Assembly (NCBI RefSeq): GCF_001194135.2
Contig: NC_068983.1
Location: 33,081,709-33,145,708, forward strand
Direction: 5' to 3'
Length of the DNA stretch: 64,000 bases
From: Octopus bimaculoides
Taxonomy: Eukaryota
Both the position numbers and the translations under genes were made by a program. Positions 50,823 to 62,950 of the stretch are shown here, in pieces (within the stretch, counting starts at the first letter, position 1; each line of letters starts with the position of its first letter). Under the pieces are notes generated by a model. The model was not told where the DNA came from. It ran no database searches and was given only the letters and a program-made list of their open reading frames with translations.

Positions 50823-50874
50823 GATTCAGTCATTTAACTGCGACCGTGCTAACAGATTGTTTTATCATTAATAA

Positions 50875-51085
50875 TAAGGCGCACAGCTGACAGAATCGTT
50901 AGCACACCGGGCAAAATGCTTTGCGGAATTTTGTTCGACTTAACGTTCTGAGTTCAAATACCGCCGAGGTCAACTTTGCCATTTAACCTTTGGCGGTCGT
51001 TAAAATAAGTAGCAGTTGAACACTGATTTTGATGTAATCGATTTATCCCTCTTCCCCGAAATTGCTGGCCCTGTGCCAAAATTTT
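50875..51085 (+). mobile_element. tRNA-derived SINE
   Basis: Same family as 13010-13228. Confidence 0.8.
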
Positions 51086-51181
51086 AAATCAATTATTTTA
51101 GAATTATAGCCTCCGACACTCGGCCTCCTATCTGTACAACGGTTGCATTCGACACAGGACAGTTGTTACATACATCTAAAG

Positions 51182-51311
51182 CAGTGGTTCCCAACCTGGG
51201 GTCCGCAAAGGTAGACTAAATTCAAAATTTTATATACGTATACATAAGGATAAGCATATTAAAAGGGATTTGTGGGAAAACTCATTTAAAGAAGTGGGTT
51301 GGGAACCATTG
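51182..51311. mobile_element. 130-bp hAT (Charlie-like) MITE
   Basis: CAGTGGTTCCCAA ... TTGGGAACCATTG; flanks ATCTAAAG/ATCTAACA. Confidence 0.8.
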
Positions 51312-51321
51312 ATCTAACAGG

Positions 51322-51650
51322 TAAAGACCTCCTTGGTCATGAATGACCATGAGATTGCAGCTAGAAAGTTCCCTGCCGAGGCACAAGTCTCGTTGTTTAT
51401 GGAAGACCAGCCGTCACTCTTGGAAACCAGCCTCCCCTCTCCATGCCACTGATGTTATCCAAGGGAAAGAGAAAGGGAAAGGCCGGTACAGCTTGGCACC
51501 AATGACGTCGCAATTCATTTCTACAGCTGAGTGAACTGGCACAACGTGAAAAATACAGTGACATGCTCAAGAACACAACACATAACCCGGTCGGGAATCG
51601 AACCCACGACCTTATGATTGTGAACCTGACACTCTAACCACTGAGCCATA
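51322..51650 (-). mobile_element. tRNA-derived SINE
   Basis: Head ggctcagtggttagagtg...ggttcgattcc at the right end; ccagttcactcagctgtag core. Confidence 0.75.
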
Positions 51651-52199
51651 TCTCGTCTAATACGTCAGCAAGTATGGTACTTCGTTTCACATCACCACAG
51701 TCAACTAAGTTGTAATCAGAATCAGCCGGGTGCTGGCACAGTTCTCTCTTCCCTCAGCTGTTACCTCTAGGATACACCACTATTGAAAAAATAAGGGCCG
51801 AGAAGCTATTTATATCTGCTGATGACTATATTGGAACTTTAAACAATAAGTGGAAGCGTGGTATATGTTACAAACCAGACTTGCTCGCGAGCACTGGCTG
51901 TACTGTTTTCTTTCCTTTTTGATGTAAGAATATTAATCATGTATATATTCTGCTGAACTGGTGACATTTGCAAAACTGATATTACTCGAAAATTTTAAGT
52001 TGCTTTCAGTTAAAGCAACAATAAATATCAAGTGGTTGTTGAATAATTAAATAGCTTTTCCGATTTAAGTATAGAAATTATAGATGTTTTAGATAATTGT
52101 AATTTTCTATATTCAATAAATTGCACTCTATTTACGTCTCCAGCGCAAATAAATGGTTAAAAATTCATAAATTGATAATAGATAAAACCTAAGCAATGC

Positions 52200-52201
<2 letters not shown>

Positions 52202-52254
<53 letters not shown>
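52202..52254. repeat. (GA)n microsatellite
   Basis: Direct inspection. Confidence 0.95.
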
Positions 52255-52260
<6 letters not shown>

Positions 52261-52599
52261 TTTTTAGCTTTCATCTACCGCAGGTCCGTCATCCAAAGCA
52301 ATAACAAAACAAAATTTACAAACTAAAAACTTGTAAAAATATAGAAACTTGTATCGCTTACGATTTCACCTGGACTGGCGATAGGAATGAATCGAGAGGA
52401 TTGTGTGATGAATGAGGAAAGGTTTTAAGTAACTGTAGCTTAAATCCAACTAAAGTGACATTGTGTAATAACACATTTGAATTTAAATTGCTGTAGCGAA
52501 GAATATTTTAAATGAAAATGCCTGGAACTGATTCAAAAGAAAATCTAGCTCTTACTAGACTACCAATAGTTCAAGGTACCCGAAAAAAATCTGCGTAAC

Positions 52600-55500
52600 T
52601 TGAGTTATTCTGTTTGCATTCACATTTCAATGGTACCTTACTTTCAGAGCATTTTCCCCATTCTACGCCAGTTTGACTATTTATAAAAGTACCCGAAAAA
52701 GAACGCCTATCTCGGTACCCCGTGGTCCAATTTACGCGAAACTTGTTTTATTCCGTTTGTATTCACATTTCAACGGCACTTTTACTATCAAAGAAATTTC
52801 CCATAATACGCAGGTTTGGCTATTTATAAAAGTACCCCCCAAAAAAACATCACGTATCTCGGGAACCGTTGGTCCGATTTACGCGAGACTTGTCTTTTCA
52901 CAGTATTATTCACAAGTATTTTTACACAGAAAATATCAAGCCATTTTACACTATCACTCCATTTCACAATTCTTTTTTCCGTATCTCTACGGATGTTTGA
53001 CTATTTGTTCTGAAAGATTTTTCTGCTTAAAAAGTTGCAAAGTTAATGAAAAACTGATTTTATTTACAAAAATTTGAAAGGAATTACTCCTACTTGTCTT
53101 AGTTTTCCCCTTTCCTTTCATTTTCTGTCGTCGAAATTAATATTTTGTCATATTTAGGCTGTTATAGTTTGTTCAAAAGAATGCTTTTGATGACAATATT
53201 TTTAGTTGACTGGCTACTCATCAGAACCATTGACATTTTCCTTTCGTTCTCCGCGGCTACAGACTACATGCAGTTGACCGTGTTGGAATACAGGTCGTTC
53301 CAGATAAACCAAGACGTTTTCCCTAGTTTGTTCTTGTGCTTTATGAATAGTCATAGTGAAGCACGACTGAACAGGGAATTGGCTTCGCTGCAAAGGGATA
53401 TTCTCACCTTCGGGTAGATTAATTGTTATTCTCGATATCATAATGATGTCATTTCTGAAAACGGCAGTGTTGATTCTATGAGCTTATCGTACAGTTCTTC
53501 CACGATCATGCGCGTTTCATTACAAAGCCTTGGAGGACTCAACTTTCTCATTAGAATTATCGGTGATCCTTTTATCAATTCCAGGTTATGTGGTATGTGG
53601 TGGCAGTCGTAATAGTTCGACCGAATCAAGGAATTCAGTTGGGAAATGAGTGACATTGGCACCATCACTCACAGAATTATAGTATCGGTACTCTTTTATG
53701 GTTCCAGAGAAGCGTCTGATACAGGTGGAATTGATGTTTCTCATAATTTCATTGAGAGGTACTAAAATGCAATTGTTCAAAAAGACTTCAGCTGGATTGT
53801 CGAATGAGGAATAGATGAAAGTCAATGCATTCTTCTATAGTTGTTGCTTGGAGAACCATTTCTTTTGGCAAAATAATTACTTCATTTTCAGTTTTTGGAA
53901 TCTTATCTACTCGAATATCCAATAGGAACTGTAAATAATCTCCTGTTCCCTCGATCGCATGTTTGCATTCAACAGAAAATTTTTGAAGCTTTTCCACAAG
54001 TAGGATTTTGAAATGCATGCGTGTTCCACGTCTGCATCATTTCCCCTTTTTCACTACCGGAAGACGCTGACGGAAATCGCCACAGCAAATTGTCAAAATT
54101 TCACCGAGTACCTCATTGTTGTCGCATATGTCACGCAGAGTGAGGTCAATAGCTTCGAAGCTTTCCCTCTGAATCATAGGACACTCGTCTCAAGCAATCA
54201 GCCTTGTATGCTGGAAGAGGTTTGCCGTCTTTGAGTTTCTATCAATATTGCACAGACCATTTTCTTTCACTACTATCAGTATTTTGAACCTAGAATGCAC
54301 CGTTCTTCCATCAGGCATCAGGGATGCGGCAATGCCAAGTGACGCCACAGCGACACGTCACCGTTTCCCCTAACTTTTGAAAGGATGAAGTTAATCAGGA
54401 ATGTCTTTCCTGTTCTACCTGGAGCATCAGTAAAAATCAATGCAGATGTGTTCCTCTCAAAACTGTTGCAAACGAAGTCATAAACATGTTTTTTTTCTCA
54501 CTATTCAATAGAGGATCCCTCTCTTGTACAAATCGTCGTTGCTCTTCTCTGCTGTATTGCAATTCCTGCAATAACTTATATTTACCAGTATTCTGATTAG
54601 CGACAATGTTATTTGGCGTTGGCAAGTTAAAGCCATTAAGACTTTTGCCTAGGTTAAGTTTGTCTTCAAAATACAGAAAGCATTGATCATAATGTCTCTC
54701 ACGAAGCAAAAGATAAGAGTTTCTGGTTGCCCTTTTTTCTATTTGAAAGTAATCCTCAGACAGCAAATTCTTAGATTGAACCCAGAAAGGACTGGAATTA
54801 TTAATTTCTGTATTTGTGAGGATCGCGATGAATAGATCTCTCGTGGCTTTGGGAAGCCGTGTTCGCTCAGCATCTTACAGTCTGCTGGTAATGATCATCT
54901 GATTGGAGCAAACCTTTCTCTCTGCAGATGTCTTTGAATAATGGCAGGAGTTCACCCTCATACATTATCAAAGAGTTAAAGGATACTGGCCTGTTGACGT
55001 GATGAAGAAGGAATCTTAAATAATACAGGTCACCACTTCGTGAAGAAACAGTGTATACTCGTCCCAAAACGTTCGCCTCAAAAATCCGTGGAAACTGCTC
55101 AGCTATTTTCCTCACCTTCCTCCTTTCCCATCTCTTATTACTCCAAGTGTAAAACCTTGGAACATCAGCATAATACAATGTTTTTGCAAACGGATCGCGA
55201 GCGCAAAGATCCATGAACTTAGAGTTGTCTTACGCATATTATTATTTACTTGAACAGCAGCATTGACCCGAATGATTTGATTTTCCTCAGGTAGATGAAC
55301 TTGAAGGCGAACTACAGCTGGTTCCCTCTCATGAATTGGAAATCCAAGTACTGAGGCAACAGCTTCTGAAGGACCGAAATATTTTCCTGTTAAATACTCG
55401 TCCTTCCTGTTCACTCCAAACATTGCCCGATCACTACACTTCATGGTATATTTGATCGATTTCTCGGAAGAACATATCTCTACGTTTAGGTGGCAGTTTT

Positions 55501-55860
55501 AATAGTCTCATATTGTGGGGAACGACCCATTCCGAAGTTATATTTCGACTTTCCCTTCCTTCTTTGTGCCCTTCAAATTGTCTGTTTAAATACTCACTGC
55601 ACAAACAATTTGCAATTTTTAGGTCATTTTCACTTTAAAATATTTTTTTAATACGCCAGGGTTATATCATTTTCGGAGTCTTTTCCCATCATGCACCGTT
55701 TTCAGTATTTATGAATACCCCCCAAACCACTGACATCTCACAGGAATCCGTGGTCTGACGTACGCGAAACTTGTTTTATTCCGTTTGTATTCACATTTCA
55801 GGGGTGGTTTAATTCATAGTATTTCCCCATTATGCACCAGTTTGGTTGTATTAAATTACA
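52600..55860 (-). mobile_element. Decayed Helitron (C-terminal Rep region plus Pif1-type helicase pseudogene)
   Basis: IHEREPAVVRLQVHLP, LGRVYTVS...YYLRFLL, Walker A IFTDAPGRTGKTFLI near 54398-54437, GDFRQ-like and GSPIILMRKL..PRLCNETR motifs; many stops and frameshifts; repeated subterminal blocks at 52709, 52856 and 55735. Confidence 0.9.
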
Positions 55861-55883
55861 GGCAAGCAATCAGATAGTTTTAG

Positions 55884-55920
<37 letters not shown>

Positions 55921-57074
55921 NNNNNNNNNNNNNNNNNNNNNNNNNNNNNNNNNNNNNNNNNNNNNNNNNNNNNNNNNNNNNNNNNNNNNNNNNNNNNNNN
56001 NNNNNNNNNNNNNNNNNNNNNNNNNNNNNNNNNNNNNNNNNNNNNNNNNNNNNNNNNNNNNNNNNNNNNNNNNNNNNNNNNNNNNNNNNNNNNNNNNNNN
56101 NNNNNNNNNNNNNNNNNNNNNNNNNNNNNNNNNNNNNNNNNNNNNNNNNNNNNNNNNNNNNNNNNNNNNNNNNNNNNNNNNNNNNNNNNNNNNNNNNNNN
56201 NNNNNNNNNNNNNNNNNNNNNNNNNNNNNNNNNNNNNNNNNNNNNNNNNNNNNNNNNNNNNNNNNNNNNNNNNNNNNNNNNNNNNNNNNNNNNNNNNNNN
56301 NNNNNNNNNNNNNNNNNNNNNNNNNNNNNNNNNNNNNNNNNNNNNNNNNNNNNNNNNNNNNNNNNNNNNNNNNNNNNNNNNNNNNNNNNNNNNNNNNNNN
56401 NNNNNNNNNNNNNNNNNNNNNNNNNNNNNNNNNNNNNNNNNNNNNNNNNNNNNNNNNNNNNNNNNNNNNNNNNNNNNNNNNNNNNNNNNNNNNNNNNNNN
56501 NNNNNNNNNNNNNNNNNNNNNNNNNNNNNNNNNNNNNNNNNNNNNNNNNNNNNNNNNNNNNNNNNNNNNNNNNNNNNNNNNNNNNNNNNNNNNNNNNNNN
56601 NNNNNNNNNNNNNNNNNNNNNNNNNNNNNNNNNNNNNNNNNNNNNNNNNNNNNNNNNNNNNNNNNNNNNNNNNNNNNNNNNNNNNNNNNNNNNNNNNNGG
56701 GGGGGGAGATATATCGTTCTTATAAAGTTAAACTTGCAATGCAGAGAACTTTGGACTTCGAAACCAGTTCAAATTAACGTTCTTACGTAGGTGTAAGCGA
56801 AATTTCAAAGATAGTTATGTTGCTAAGTATGATATCTAGAGTTTTGAAAAACTCCAATTGACGAGATACAAAAGAGTGAAATTTTACGGTATTTATTTGA
56901 TACGTGAAAATCAATATAACAGAATCAGTTTGGCTTAAAGTGGAAGCCAACTTTGATTGAAAACTTCTTTCTAGATTCATTATACTTAAGTAATCATTTG
57001 CGGGAAGAAAAGAAAATATCAAATAGAGACCGCAACAGATCTTGATTCTTTATCTTTCTTTTATCCTTCATTTG

Positions 57075-57425
57075 CTTTTCAGTCACTGGATTGCGGTCAT
57101 GCTGGGGCACCACCTTGAAGGGTTTTAGTCGAACAAATTAACCCCAGTACGTACTTTAAAAAAAATCTTATGCTTATTCTGTTGGTATGTTTTGTCGAAC
57201 CAGAACAGGAGGACGTAAACAAACGAGCATTAGTTGACAAGCGGTTGTGGGGAAACAAACACGGACACACACACACACACACACAATGAGCTTCCACACA
57301 GTTTCTGCCTACAAAATTCATTGACAATGTATTGGTCGACCCAGAACTATAGTAGAAGATATTTTCCAAAGGTGTCGCGCAACGGAAATCAATCCGAAAC
57401 CACGTGATTGCAAATCAGACTTCTT
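57075..57425 (-). mobile_element. tRNA-derived SINE (older copy)
   Basis: Same family as 5153-5545. Confidence 0.75.
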
Positions 57426-58399
57426 AAGTGTACAGCCATACCTCAGAACCCTTCTGACCAAGCCACAGAACAATACAGAAAAATATATACCCTTCAAATA
57501 CAGCAGATAATGTCAAACGTATTTGATAGGGTTTATTTCACCTATTAAAACTACACAAACCACACATAAAACTTATTATATGAAAAATATGTATACAAAT
57601 TATAGAATAGAACGGACGTAGGCAATCATTTGTCGAAAAGTAGGCCGCTTGAGACATGGCTCACCATCAGGCTTTTTAACTCTTGAAATTAGGTGTGCTA
57701 TTCAGGAAGACCCGCAGGTCGCAGTTTGCCCATTTTGGAATAGATTAATATAGCGAAATACGCACAAAACAAGGCTCAAAAAGTAATAGACCATAAACTG
57801 GCATGCACATTCTAAGAAGCTACTAGATTTTAAAACCGTTTCAGAGTAATAAATTACAAAAATGTTTATACGTAAACAAGTACTGATCAATGTGATATAT
57901 AATTTCGACTGAAATCGCAAATAACAAAACAAGTCATTCAGCTCTGTCTTTAAAAATTATTACTTTGTAAGTAGGGAAGACAGGAGAAATCATAGATTTA
58001 CTGTTATTAAACACACTACTCTAGATTTTCTAAAAGTCTCGTGCATCCAGTTTCTGAGAAGCAATACGAATTATTGTCTTCTTCGTTTACTGAGATTTGG
58101 TGTCTGAAAAACTTTGCAGCTAATGTGAAAAGATGTGTATTTTCTAAAGAGCAATCTTGACAATAACGATGAAAAATAGGTCTTTAATATAGAGGCAGAG
58201 ACATAAGAAAAGAAGGGCAAGAAATGTGGCTTAGTTAAGTATCGGCGACGAGAAATGAAAACGGTGACTGCATCCTTAATCCAAGGCACTTGTTCAAAAG
58301 TACACTCATTAGTAGGAAGAGAAAATAAATTATCCCACAGAGTACCACGTAGAAAATCTAGAAATATGCTCAATCATTTGTAGATATTTATGCAATACA

Positions 58400-58560
58400 A
58401 CGAAGGTCCGTTAGCGATTTCTTCACCTTCTTTGGGATTCTTCCTTTCTCCTTTCCGACGAAGAGCTATGCTCGAAACGTTAAACTCTCTCCTTTCACCG
58501 AGCGTCAAGCTAAAATACGTCTTGTGCACGTCCTCACGTTCGTTGTTTTTTTTTTTTTCA
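58400..58560 (+). mobile_element. Penelope-like LTR remnant with a minimal hammerhead-like core (58452-58484)
   Basis: CCGACGA-A-GAGC(TAT)GCTC-GAAA-CGTT-AAA; U4 replaced by C. Confidence 0.55.
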
Positions 58561-59014
58561 TTTTTTTAATCCGTTTATTTGAATTGATTATATAAGTAAT
58601 GCTTATTGCAACACCAATATGGCTGTTCAACGTTTTTAACCCCATGAAGAGCCTCCTCCAACTGATTATCGATCCAATGTGCACCCAGTATATACTGTAA
58701 GGAGGGGAGCAAACCCCAACCATCATCCAGCAGACGACGGGATCATCAGACCGAACCGTTTCAGGCTATTTGTGCCCATCGTCAACTAGTGCACACCCGG
58801 CTGCTAGAGATAGCAGTAATTTGCTCCAGCTTGCAATATATAGAAAACCAAGCGACAATCAGTCACTGATCTTACAACGAGCAAAGTAGCTAGTTAAAAA
58901 ATCTCTATAAGAGATGAAAGGGTGCAAATTGCATCGATAACTCTCTTCCTTGGGTTAAAAACTGCAGTAACGTCGAACAATTATATTGATGTGGTGATAT
59001 TACTCCTCGATATA

Positions 59015-59156
59015 GTTGTCCATGTTTCTAAGCACTGCAACACATATGAAAGAAGTGTGTTGACCGCAAAGGGGACAATATTGGAAAATAAACCTCATTT
59101 GATTATATTCCATGAGAGTATCATTGTTAGCATAAAAACTCTTCAGTCAACCCTCG
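59015..59156 (+). mobile_element. Mariner 3' end
   Basis: Same family as the 45577 end; ...cttcagtcaaccctcg TIR. Confidence 0.75.
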
Positions 59157-59494
59157 TGTATATGTGCGCGCGCGTGTATGTATACATACATGTGTGTTTT
59201 TATATATGTATGTATGCATGTATGTATGTTTGCCTGTATATACAGGCTAGAAATGGTTAAGTAAATTATTTATTTTATTTGATAGAAAATAGAGTCAAAA
59301 TGTCAAAGCAAACACATCGTATGTTTGTGTGCGTGTGTGTGTGTGTGTGCATAATGTCAATGATATTATTAAGAACTGATAATGGTCATCGTTTCAGATA
59401 GATATCTACTTCAAAACTATACCAACATTTTCAATTGCTTTACTCATTTCATAAACGAATATCTTGATATCTTATGTCTGTGAATACCATACAG

Positions 59495-59662
59495 GAAAAT
59501 TCGTCTGTCTTTACGTTCTGGGTTCAAATTCTGCCGAGGTCGACTTTGCCTTTCGTCCTTTCGGGGTCGATAAATTAAGTACCTGTTACGTACTGGGGTC
59601 GATCTAAACCACTGGCCACCTTCCCCAAAATTTCGGGTCTTGTGCCTAGAGTAGAAAAGAAT
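59495..59662 (+). mobile_element. tRNA-derived SINE, 5' truncated, 23-bp flanking direct repeat
   Basis: gaataccatacaggaaaattc occurs on both sides; family of 13010-13228. Confidence 0.8.
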
Positions 59663-59827
59663 ACCATACAGGAAAATTCAAATATCTGCTAACCTAAGTA
59701 TGACTTCCTATTTTGATTTGATCGTTGTAGCATTTTCGTTACATTATTAAGAGAGATGTAAAAAGACTACTACGACAATTTTTTTCTTAGAATTCACAAA
59801 TTTGTCACTATGTAAGTATAATACTGC

Positions 59828-60007
59828 TACAAGGCGCAAGAGTGGCTGTGTGGTAAGTAGCTTGCGTACCAACCACATGGTTCTGGGTTCAGTCCCACTG
59901 CGTGGCACCTTGGGCAAGTGTCTCCTACTATAGAAGACACTCACAAGGCTGACCAAAGCCTTGTGAGTGGATTTGGTAGACGGAAACTGAAAGAAGCCCG
60001 TCGTATG

Positions 60008-60056
<49 letters not shown>

Positions 60057-60410
60057 NNNNNNNNNNNNNNNNNNNNNNNNNNNNNNNNNNNNNNNNNNNN
60101 NNNNNNNNNNNNNNNNNNNNNNNNNNNNNNNNNNNNNNNNNNNNNNNNNNNNNNNNNNNNNNNNNNNNNNNNNNNNNNNNNTGTGTGTGTGTGTGTGTGT
60201 GTGTGTTTGTGTGTCTGTTTGTCCCCCCTACATCGGTTGACAACAGATGCTGGTGTGTTTACATCCCCGTAACTTAGCGGTTCGGCAAAAGAGACCGATA
60301 GAACAAGTACTAGGCTTACAAAGAATAAGTCCTGGGGTCGATTTGCTCGACTAAAGGCGGTGCTCCAGCATGGCCGAAGTCGAATGACTGAAACGAGTAA
60401 AAGAGTAAAA
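59828..60410 (+). mobile_element. tRNA-derived SINE spanning a microsatellite/N gap
   Basis: Same family as 5153-5545, opposite strand. Confidence 0.85.
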
Positions 60411-60581
60411 AGTTGAAGAGTTAAAATATTTTTTTACTGTAATACATGCCAAAAATAAGACTGTTAAGCTGCAACAGGTAACCTAATTAGAACTGATGAT
60501 GGATGTTTCGGAAGCATAGTTACCATAGGCGCTGGCGTGGCTGTGTGGTAAGATAGTTGCTTCCCAACCACATGGTTCCGG

Positions 60582-61859
60582 ATCGTATAAGTTCTGTCAG
60601 AATTTTGAATAAAGAAAACAAGTGATCAAATGTTATATTTATTTGAAATTTAATCATCAATGTACCTTCCCTGATTATTTATGACTTCCTTCCATCTATT
60701 TACAAGCTTTTAAAATCCCATCAGTGTAAAACTCTTTTGGTTTCAAAGCGAAGAACTCTGAAATGTCAGTTTCAACCTCCTCCTGGCTTGTGAAAGTTAT
60801 ATCCCTCAAATGATTCTGTAAACTACGAAACAAATGGTAGTCTGAAGGAGCAAGGTCGGGAGAATAGGGTGGAAGAGGAATTTTTTTCCCAACCAAGCTC
60901 TTCGCTCTTCTGTGATGTGATCTTTGCAGTGTGGGGTCGCACATTGTCCTGATGAAACATCACTCCTTTTCAATTCACTAAAGCAGGTCTTTTTTTTCTT
61001 CAAAGCTTGGTTCAAACGCTCTAATTGCTGACAGTAGACTTGAGAATTGAATGTTGCATTAAGTGGTAACAATTCAAAGTGAATTACTTCTNNNNNNNNN
61101 NNNNNNNNNNNNNNNNNNNNNNNNNNNNNNNNNNNNNNNNNNNNNNNNNNNNNNNNNNNNNNNNNNNNNNNNNNNNNNNNNNNNNNNNNNNNNNNNNNNN
61201 NNNNNNNNNNNNNNNNNNNNNNNNNNNNNNNNNNNNNNNNNNNNNNNNNNNNNNNNNNNNNNNNNNNNNNNNNNNNNNNNNNNNNNNNNNNNNNNNNNNN
61301 NNNNNNNNNNNNNNNNNNNNNNNNNNNNNNNNNNNNNNNNNNNNNNNNNNNNNNNNNNNNNNNNNNNNNNNNNNNNNNNNNNNNNNNNNNNNNNNNNNNN
61401 NNNNNNNNNNNNNNCTTCAACTGATAGTGCAGGATTTTCTTCAAGTAATGTCTCAAGGAGCTTATCATCAAACTCAACTGGATGTCCTGTTCGATCTTCA
61501 CCTTCAAGGCTGAAATCTCTACTTCTGAAGTTTGCAAACCATCTTCTACAAGTTCTTTCATTCAAGCATTCTTTTCCATAAATTGAGTGTATATTTCGAG
61601 TCGCTTCTGCGGAACAGTTTCTCTTTTGTACTCATAAAGCATTATGTGCCTCAAATGCTCTTTGGATACTTCCATGTTAGAAAGGGTTTTAATCAAAGAA
61701 ATTTTAATTCTATTGCTCTGGAAAATAATATTTAATTAGTTTAAATGTACACAAATGCATAAAAATAATTCTAAATTCCATTAGACATTCTAAAATACTA
61801 TTAAATTTCATTCAATTTTAAAAAAAGTAAAATCGGACAGAACTTATGGGATGACCTGA
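60582..61859 (-). mobile_element. Decayed mariner, partly in an N gap
   Basis: TA|TCAGGTCATCCCATAAGTTCTGTC TIR at 61859; TCRRWFANFRS, EVIHFELL...VYCQQLERL, PPYSPDLAPSDYHLFRSL. Confidence 0.92.
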
Positions 61860-62950
61860 TATAATTATTATTTTATGGTTAGGCGCACTGATTGCTATAT
61901 TCTGTTTTACTTTATGAACGGTTTGTTTGCTTCTACTTAAGCACTGTCCTTTTGTGAATACTGTATTGTTCTATTGCTTTATCTCCTATATTGTTTCAAT
62001 ATCCACAATTGACTAGTGTTAGTTTTATTCTATTAATTTCAGTTGTCGTGTTCTTGTGTAAAAGAATCTAAATGCTCTTTTGTGGGTGGATTTTATATCT
62101 TCTTCATGAATCATTATCGCTGCACATATCAGTGCCTTTTATATAAACATATGCGAAATATTTGTGGCTGTACTCGACATTGTTTAGTTCCGGGTCAGTT
62201 CTGAATGACGTTTCCAAATGTAACTTTATCTAATGCGTCTTTCCATTTTTTTTTTTTTAAGTAATAGGATATAATTTGAGAAACATGTTTCAAATATTTC
62301 TAGCAGGTCAAAACCACTTAATTTTCCTTTCTTTATACAGAAATTGCATTTATTTCTATAACATAGCAAAATAGAATTGTTGTGTCATTTGGAAATTCTG
62401 CAGAAGCTACTATGTATATTAAATCTAAGAACAATTGGTTTCCCGATTTTTCGTTAACTTCTTGATCCCCTTGGATGCGTCCATTATCATAAATATATTT
62501 GATGTTACTTCTCACAGGCGTTGCTTTGTTAGGAAGCTTCTTTTGCAGCCATGTGGCTTTGGGTTCAGTCGCACTGCGTGGCACTTCACTTCAGACAGGC
62601 GTCTTCTACTATAGCCCCAAACCGACTGTTATGTATTCTTTTGTTCTTTGTGGGATAATAAACAACTCACTGAAGGCATGTTATGTTTCTACGTGTTTAC
62701 TTTATTTGACATGTTTACAAACAGTGTCTATAGCGGAGTGATACACGCTGTGCGTATCTGCCTTAAACACAGTTCATACTGCTTAGTAGATGCGCTTAAC
62801 AAAATAGTACTACTAGTGAAGATGTATTCATATATACGTATACCTACGCATGCACATAGATGTGAACATATAACACCGACCAATGGTAATTTTTTTGCCA
62901 AATAAACACACACACNNNNNNNNNNNNNNNNNNNNNNNNNNNNNNNNNNN

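Noticed and set aside
58071-58373. 100-aa ORF in fairly unique sequence
   Set aside because: No recognisable motif and no convincing splice sites; left uncalled
60495-60535. CTGATGA...GGAAGC hammerhead-like string (also 17885 and 58730-58770)
   Set aside because: No proper GAAA box or stems I-III
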